A stretch of DNA of 64,000 bases from Paramecium tetraurelia. Taxonomy: Eukaryota. This document shows positions 55,543 to 64,000 of this stretch, in pieces (the first letter of the stretch is position 1; every line of letters begins with the position of its first letter). Position numbers and translations under genes: made by a program. The stretch lies in assembly GCA_000165425.1 (NCBI GenBank), contig CT868023.1, positions 62,001 to 126,000 on the forward strand, in the 5' to 3' direction. The notes under the pieces were generated by a model, which saw only the letters and a program-made list of their open reading frames with translations, did no database searches and was not told where the DNA came from.

Positions 55543-56725
55543 ATGGGGAATTGCAATATTACTGATAGGAAGGACTTTCCAGATTCATCAAGTACTTAGA
55601 ATTTAATAAAGAAGTTCTGTCGGTGCATAACTTTGAATTTATTGAAGTCCTGGGGAAAGGAGGATTTGGGAAGGTTTGGAAAGTGAAGAGGAGAAAAAAC
55701 AAAAGTTATTTTGCCCTGAAAGTGATGTCCAAGGCGAAGTAAGGAATAGTTGTTCTAACGTAAGGGTCATCTCAAAAAAGAGTGTATCTTCAGTCATGAA
55801 TGAGAGAACCCTCTTGAGTTAGCTCAGGCATCCATCTCTGATCAACATGATAGCAGCATTTCAAGACAGGGAAAACCTCTACCTAGTTATGGATCTGTTG
55901 AGCGGAGGAGATCTCCGTTATCACATTGGAAAGAACAAGAAATTCTCAGAGGAAGAAACGAGTATATATGATGCAATATAATGATTAGAGTTCTTTTGTG
56001 CTTGCATCATCATAGCTCTGGAATACCTCCACTCCCAAGGCATCATCCATAGAGATTTGAAACCAGAGAACCTAGTATTCGACTCTGAAGGCTACCTCAG
56101 ATTGACAGATTTGGGAATTGCCCGTATTTGGCGACCTGACAATTCCTCAGATACAAGTGGAACTCCTGGATATATGGCACCAGAAGTGCTTTGCAGATAG
56201 AATCATGGGATTGCTGTTGATTATTTCGCATTGGGTGTCATGGTTTATGAATGCATGTTGGGAAGAAGACCCTACGTGGGTAAATCGAGATAGGAGATAA
56301 GAGATAATGTGTTGGCGAAGTAAGTTCAAATAAAAAGAAATGAAATTCCTGTTTCATGGTCTTTGGATGCTGCTGATTTTGCCAACCAAGTAAATGTGAT
56401 TTCAATTTATTAGTTGATCCAACGTAAACCAGCTCAAAGATTGGGCTCCGATAACCCAGAGGCTGTTAAGTACCACCCTTGGTTCAAAGGGTTCGAATGG
56501 AATAAGTTACTCAATAAGGAGTTGCATCCTCCTTACATTCCTCGTTGTTCCAGCAATTAAGGAGGGTCCACTCAGGATACAGAACAGGACACCAATGAAA
56601 ATAACATGATGCTTAGAAGGAACTCTATCTAAGGTATTTAGTGTTAATAACTGTCGATAGCTTAATTCGATGGATATAATTATGATCCTAATGAAGTGAT
56701 GATAGCAGAACCATCTAAATTCTGA
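55543..56725 (+). CDS. AGC-group protein kinase, predicted N-myristoylated
   Basis: MGNC start; [23 protein letters not shown] in place of [13 protein letters not shown]. Confidence 0.92.
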
Positions 56726-56757
56726 TTAACTTTTTATATTAGTAATTATAATGACAC

Positions 56758-56949
56758 TCATAGAGTCTTCATCTTGTAGTTGATGATCGTAGCCAAATTC
56801 ATCAATTGCTCTAAATACTCAGGATTGTTTTCTAGGGTCTAGTCTGAACACTCCATTATCTGAACCTGCATTTGCTTTATTTGTTGTACTGTAATGCCAT
56901 TGCGATTGGAAGCTATTATTTGATAATCTGATAGTCGAGAGGAATCCAT
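56758..56949 (-). CDS. Small hypothetical protein, 63 aa
   Basis: Clean ATG-TGA ORF MDSSRLSDYQ...NYKMKTL* with coding-like GC content. Confidence 0.45.
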
Positions 56950-57001
56950 TATTGATTTAACGATTTAATAATTAATTAAGTTAGAAATAAAAAAAGAATA
57001 C

Positions 57002-57757
57002 TCATACTTAATTAATTTTCCCTTCTTTAAAACACTTTCTTACAAATCTTACTGCTTCTTCTTGATTGTAATTCTATCTAACCACTATGTGGAATAGATC
57101 CTAAACTAGAATTGATTAAGCAGGATCATTCTTGGCAAGTTGAAGTTTCAACTCCAAACATTTGGAATAAAATGTTCTTTTAAATTCAGATACTCTAATA
57201 TTACTCTCCGATTTAAACTATCTGTATGTGTACTCAGCTTCACTGCCTTCCTAATGCTAAGACTCAGTCTTAATTCTAGTATCAACGTTAAGAGGGAATG
57301 AATTCTAAGAAACCAGCTTTTTCTGATTTTGTAACATTAGTTTCTCTTGCACCAAGGCTAACAATCTGCTTAACAACATCATGATGGTCATCGAAGTTTA
57401 AGGATATGCTATCAGTACATTTACTTCACTCTCAATGTCTCTTAACTTCTTGACACTCTAACAATTATAGCATCTAATGGCATCAATTTGTGAACTGAGT
57501 TCCTAAATCCTTATGAGAAATTTGTATTTTTGGCTGCTATCCTCCTATTTTTGTGCTGCTTTCATGGCAATTGTCTTGATATGATGTAATTATTAGGAGA
57601 TTTAATCGATTTAGGTATTGAGTCTCTTGGTATTTTCCATGCAGCTGCGACAATGAAGATCGATTTAAGTGATGGGGATGAAACTTAAACATTAGACACA
57701 GAATCCCATCTGTTCGGACGGCTACTATCTTCTTTTTGTTTACTGTGCAGTGCTCAT
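57002..57757 (-). CDS. Hypothetical protein with N-terminal Cys/His cluster
   Basis: CVQCLSFIPITQIDLHCRSC and C-terminal FYSKCLELKLQL. Confidence 0.6.
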
Positions 57758-57866
57758 TTGAGGTAAAGATTTAATTAAAATGATTTGTTAATAGTATAAG
57801 TAATACAGAGTTAAAATAACTCAAATTATGTATTGTGTAATAAAATGCATAATTAGATATTCATTC

Positions 57867-58364
57867 TCACCTGATTATTTTCTGTGTACCCTTTATGTTA
57901 ATAAAATTATTCTGTTTTGGTTTTGGCTTATCCAAATATATGCTCCTGATTTCCAGTGCTTTCTTTGTCAATCTCATTTTCGGTTTGATGCTTCTCGAAG
58001 GCAACACGAAACACGAGGGCTAAGGCTTCTTCTTAGAGGAAGGCGAATATGATAAATTGAGGGAATGCGATTCTGCACTATTAATGATGAGTTCATCCGA
58101 ATTCTTTAATGGCACGTATGCATAATTTATATTGTTTTCCTTATTCTAATTCATGCTTCTGTTCTTTATTGGCGAGTGTATTTGAGTCTAATAGAGATTG
58201 ATGTTCGCCTTTGGTTATTGTGTTTGTTTTGTGACTATGAAACTAGCATTCTCCTTTCTTGACTTTTGTGACCTTATTCTCAAATTGCTCTGATTCTATT
58301 ATTTGATTCTTGCATCGCCTGCTATATAACTAATATTTTATAGTAACTTTTATCTTGTATTCAT
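57867..58364 (-). CDS. Hypothetical basic protein
   Basis: Intronless code-6 ORF MNTRQKLLQ...TQKIIR*. Confidence 0.5.
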
Positions 58365-58497
58365 TTTTTGAATTTAATTAAATTCAACAACTAAATTTTC
58401 TTTCTTAATATACTTATCACTCTTTATTCATTTAAATATTACGCAATATCACCTCACAATGTATTTCATTTTAATTATTATAAAACAAATATCCTTC

Positions 58498-58883
58498 ATG
58501 AAAATCTTAGATTAAATCAAATAAGAAGTTGAGCATCAAATGCAAGCCAAATATGGCAAAAGCATTTCCAAAAGATATAATAAAGCTACCATCGCACTAA
58601 GTTGGATCCTCATCTACATGGTTCTTGTTTTAAATAAGACCATCAAACAAGTACTCTTCCATAAAACATTTTACAAAAGGCCTCCGAGCTATTGGGTATC
58701 AATTACACTGCAGCCAAAAATATTTATAGACAGTATAAAAAAATACACTTGCACCAAAATCTACAGAGAAGAGCTGGAGTCTCCACCAGCGAAAACTACA
58801 ACTGGAAAAAATTCGAAGTCAAAGTTATTTGCCAAAACACACAAACACACACCTACACACTCGACTCATATCTTCAAAAGTGA
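58498..58883 (+). CDS. Small helix-turn-helix (psq/homeodomain-like) protein
   Basis: Removing a 29-nt intron joins two track ORFs to give KTIKQASELLGINYTAAKNIYRQY. Confidence 0.7.
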
Positions 58884-59169
58884 TTTACCGCTACCTATTT
58901 TTATTCCAATTAATTTTATAAAAATTGTTATTTCTCACTGATTAAACTTCAAATCCTCCTTATCTCATTTGCAATGCTCCCATTTTATATTGATTCCCTT
59001 CCAATTCATCCAGACTACGTAATATATATGTAAATTGCGACGTCTTTAGAATAATAATCTTTTATATTCCTTAATTTTTTTAAGATTTTATAGACATAAA
59101 AACAATCTACATGTAAATAAAATAACCAATATTTAATAAACGTTATTAATAATATATATAAAAGCACAA

Positions 59170-62100
59170 TCACTAGGAAATTCCTTACTCTAATTTATAA
59201 AACGAGCCCTTCTGATTGACCAATTGCTAATAGGATCCCTATTCTACTATCTTGCCCTCTTCAAATACATAGATCACATCAGAATCCTAAGATGATATTA
59301 AAACAATATGTACCCTGATTGTTGATATTCTGTGAGCAATGGCAATTGTCGTTTTCCCTTGCATTAATTAATTTAAACTGCTTTGAACCAACTATTCACT
59401 TTCTGCATCCAGAGCACTAGTGGCCTCATCAAGAAGGAGAAGATTACAGTCTCTCAGTACAGCTCTGGCTATGGCTATTCTTTATTTTTGTCCCCCAGAT
59501 ATCTAAGTTCCTTTGGGTCCAACTTGTCTATCAAAGCATTATCCTCTTTATTATTCATTCCCTTTCTATTCCGCCTGTGTTTCTTCAAATTAATTATTAA
59601 TGATAAAATCATAGGCATTTGCCTTTTTGGCTGCACTCTCAATTTATTCCATAGAAGCTTAGGATAGGTTGTATTTTATATTATCTTTGATTGTCCCATT
59701 AAATAAGACTGGTTCTTGAGAGACAATACCAAATTACCTCCTTAAATAACGGATGTCATAATCAGTAATGTCGATTCCATTGATTGTAATAGCCCCTTAA
59801 TCTGGTTCATAGAATCTCATCAGCATTTGCATTAAGGTTGATTTGCCACAACCAGAAGGTCCAACAAAGGCAACCTTTTATCCAGGCTTAACAATGAGAC
59901 TAAGATTCTCAAACACATTTTTGTCCCTGGATTAATATTTGAATGTAAGATTATTGAAACAAATGTCTCCTTGAATGGGCTAAGTGAACTTCTGCTTTTT
60001 TAATCGTTCTTCTCTCTGAAACTCATCTTCACTATCCAAGATCTCGAATATGTTTTTACTTGCATTTTTGGCTGCTCCAATATCTCCAGCGAATGCAGCA
60101 TTATTCCCTGCTCCCATGGTTGCAAATGTCAATGCAAATATAGTCCTAAACATATCATTTACACTCAAATCAATATCTCTACAGAAGACAGCTCCTACAT
60201 AGAACACGATAGCATTCATGATGAAGATATTCATTTACGATAGACCCATAGCAAATCCTGCCTTGTATCCTTTGGATTTAGCCATTTCCAAGGGCATCTG
60301 AACCTTTTTAGAATAGATTCCCAGAATGATACATTCGTTTCCAAAGGAATACACAGTTCTAATGTTGGTGACAGCTTCCATTATCAAGTTGCCTGAGTCT
60401 TTATAAGCCTCATCAGTTTGAGCAGAGAAGCCTTGTAAATATTTAGCTTGTAAAACACCTGAGATAAATGAGAAGGGAGTCACTCCAAGAGTTACAAGAG
60501 TAAGTGCCCAACTGGATGAAAATGCTATTGTTAATCCGCAAACTAAAGAGGCAAAATTAGCAAGATTGATTCCAATAATAGATGATGTTAATCCATTAAT
60601 GAGTTTACAATCAACTGCTAGTCTGCTGGTCAATGTTCCAGCATTGTTTTTTGCTTCATCAAAATAAGGAATTGGCATTCTCAACAATTTTCTAAATGTG
60701 TCTGATCTCAATTTTAAGGTCAACCTTTCACCAACATATGATAGACAGAAGGACTGAATTGCCCACAATATAAATGCTGCACATCCAATGATGAAAAAAT
60801 ACAAGGCATTTTTATCGGCTTCACTCCTAACATAAGCCATCTTTTCCTCTCTAATAGTTCCCTCGTATTGTTTTGGATTTGATTAGGCCAACACAGTTAT
60901 GATATCAGATAAAAATAAAGAAAATAAGGGGAAGGTACAACCATTTGCTAATGCTGCCAATATTCCAATTATGAACTACAATCTCTCTGATCTGTTGTAT
61001 GTGAAAAGTCTTCCCATCTAAGCATCTGGCTCTGGGGGTTTATCGTTTGAATTCACTTTCTCATATTTTGAATCAGTAGATTACTTTTAACTTTTAATTA
61101 AAACATCCAATTCTTATAATTGTTTGTACTGATCTACAGCTTCTTCTGTTATGCTTTTATTCTCCATGACATTCATAGATATCATTTTTTAAGGATTGCT
61201 TTTTCCTTCATCCACTTAATTAATGGGTTCTAATTGCTATTTAGAATTCTGAGGCTTCACTTATTTCATATCTTCTTCTGCATTATTGATTTAATTCTTT
61301 GCCAAAGCCTCATATTTCCCATGCTTATTCATCAACTCTTAATGCTTTCCTGCTTCCACAACTTGACCTTTGTCAATAACATAAATTAAATCTGCATTTT
61401 GAATAGTACTCAATCTATGAGCAATCACAATAGTAGTAATTCCCTTTGATACTTCATCCAGAGTTTATTGTATCAATCTTTCATTAGTTCTGTCTAAAGC
61501 ACTTGTTGCTTCATCTAATAACAAAATTTAAGGCCTTTTTAATATGGCTCTTGCAATGGCAATCCTTTATTTCTGTCCTCCACTCAATTAACTACCTCCA
61601 ATACCAACATAAGTGTTTAATCCTTTTTCCATTTTTGATACAAAGTCCCAAGCATTCGACTTCCTTAATGCATCTATCATTTCCTCATCAGTTGCATCTA
61701 CCTTTCCATACAACAGATTCTCCCTGATACTTGTAGCAAATAAAACAGGCTCTTAGCCTACTAGTCCTATTCTACTTCTTAAATCTACAAGATCCAGATC
61801 CTTAACATTAATTCCCTATTCTCCACCAAAAAGGACTTCTCCTGAATCACAATCGTAGAATCTTTCAATTAGTTGCATTACAGTTGACTTTCCACAACCA
61901 CTTTCCCCAACCAAAGCAACCTTCATACCAGGAGGTATTCTCAATGACAATCCATTCAAAACTACTTGATCTGGTCTATTTGGATAATTAAATTTGATAT
62001 CTTTCAACACTATTTCGCCATTAAAATCTTATAATTTAATAGGATTTCTTGGATTAAAAATTTTAGGTTGTCTATCTAAGATTTCATACATCTAAGCTGC

Positions 62101-63210
62101 TGCTGCTTAACCTTTAGCAAAGTTCTAAACACATGGTCCTGCTTATCCTAAAGAAAAGCCTCCAGTTACTATAGCAAAGAATATTGTCATAACATCTCCA
62201 ACTTTGTAAACATCTCCTTAATTATGATTGTATGTCTAAAATAATTGCTTATTGTTTTACTTAATCTGAAATTAACTTTGCACCATACCAAAATCCTAAA
62301 GCATATGACCATAAACTAGCTGCCCACAATAAACCTATTGCAATTCCTACTCCTAAATCATATTTCATCGTTTTATGTGCTGCTCCCTCTAAAAGTTGAT
62401 AATACTTTCCGTGTTCGTACTCCTCTCCATCTAACATTTTAACAGTCTTTATTGAGTTTATTGCCTACTCTGCCAAAGCTCCAGCTTCGCTATATGCCGC
62501 TTAAGTTGCAGCTGCTGATTGTTGAATCACCACAGAAAATATTGACATTATTATTGTCAAGGCTGGTAGGGTGGCTGTTATTACTATTGCTAATTGCCAA
62601 CCCCTAAATCATTGTTAGATTCATTACCAAATATATCCATATAGAAATCCAAAAAAAGTCATCGAAAAGGTCATTATAAAGGTTGGAACCTTCTCCCCTA
62701 TTGCACCTTGCACTGCGAAGGATTCATTTGCCACCTTACTATTCAACTCGTTTGGATTGATAGTATCAAACCACCCCACTTCCTGGTGCAATATTGCTTT
62801 GAAGTAGTTTTTTCTAAATTCTATCCCCTATCTTTCTCCAGATATCATCCAAGTTGAAAACATTGTGAATGACAAAATTCCAGTCCCGATAGCAACTATC
62901 AAGAACCACCTTTAAAATAAAATTTGAAAATGTACAATGCATTCCACCCCGCCTGTCTAACCATCTCGTCTCCAGCTTCCTAAAATGAATTTATCATAGA
63001 TCCGAATATCAAAGAAAAACTGGGAATGGCTCCACCATTCAAAAATGCTGCTATTGATCCCAAAACCATTAATGCTATATCTTCCTTTTTTGCAAATCTA
63101 AATAGATCAAAATAAGCTATCATTTTAGGTTTCTCCTCATTTGCCTTTACTTCTTAGATTTTATCACTAGCATGTATCTTAACTTCAGGTTTATCTTTCC
63201 CCTAAGACAT
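59170..63210 (-). CDS. ABCB1: ABCB1/MDR full-length P-glycoprotein
   Basis: Two TMD-NBD halves: [23 protein letters not shown] and [18 protein letters not shown] and ISGGQKQ. Confidence 0.95.
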
Positions 63211-64000
63211 TATATCTAATTTTTATTTCTGAAGAACAAATAAGTAAATCTTAGTTTTATTTCTTTTATAAATTCCTTCTGTTGATATACGATAAGTAAT
63301 CTTCAGAAACACGCTTAAATCCCACCAACTGGAAGATTTCCTCCTCAATAACATTTCCAAAGACTTTATTACCCTAATTCTAAATCAATTGTTGAAGAAT
63401 TATGCTGAAAAATGTTTAATCAGATATTCACACCAAAATTGGAATCTCTATATAAAAAGCCAATTTTGGTGAGATTTGACTCAAAACATTAACAATATAC
63501 AAGTTTAACCTAAGTAGTTTCATTGATGTAACATGTATAATATAGAATAAGGATGAATAATAACTAAAGTTTTATATTATAAAAAGGAAATACTAAAATA
63601 ATTATTATAAGGAGAATGATTTTTTATTGAGTTTGTTAAAACATTAAAAAGAAATATCATATTTGTCTTCCAAGTAATATAATATTATCCCTTTTTTGGG
63701 TTCAACATTTTTAAGTTTAATACTTGTTCTATAAGAATGATGAATTACTATTTTGAATATCATACATTAGCAACGAAGTCTCGAAATTACCAATTTTAAA
63801 TATATAAATCGGATGGAAATTTGAAGTTTTCCCTAAATTTCTAATATTTGAAATTTGAGGGATAAATAAATTCTTTTATTAATTATTCAATAGTTCATTT
63901 ATACAAATATGAAGAAAGTTTAATTGTTCATAAATTTGAAATATAATAAAATATTATTTCTAGTATCCTCATTCTTATATATAAAGAAGTTAAGAGATTC

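Noticed and set aside
56104..56120. DLG instead of DFG in the AGC kinase
   Set aside because: DLG is a common functional variant and the other catalytic motifs are intact.

Overview
AT-rich, gene-dense ciliate DNA, very probably a Paramecium macronuclear chromosome segment. Reading frames open only when TAA/TAG are read as Gln (translation table 6, TGA the sole stop), and genes are split by tiny GT-AG introns of about 22-30 nt, so the supplied standard-code ORF track is fragmentary. I re-translated the window by eye and support about 45 protein-coding genes. These include an archaeal-type AlaRS (3' part), a CCDC81-like HU protein, PP2A catalytic subunit, an Enhancer-of-zeste-like (EZL) SET methyltransferase, a divergent importin-alpha, a TBC RabGAP, Rab, UBE2W, an RCC1/SERGEF-like protein, a GPI surface protein, a CNBD K+ channel, three kinases, an MRH protein, Tubby, a cyclin, an ADO/PCO dioxygenase, an SLC38A9-like transporter and ABCB1. 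The most unusual items are a signal-peptide-bearing non-RD CK2-like kinase, a protein with four tandem SP-RING-like fingers, a P-loop-degenerate GBP-like protein, a T-armless tRNA-Val relic, a 46-nt intron with an internal decoy acceptor in UBE2W, and two tandem paralog pairs. All calls rest on manual translation and motif recall; no database searches were run, and gene ends are approximate where stated.
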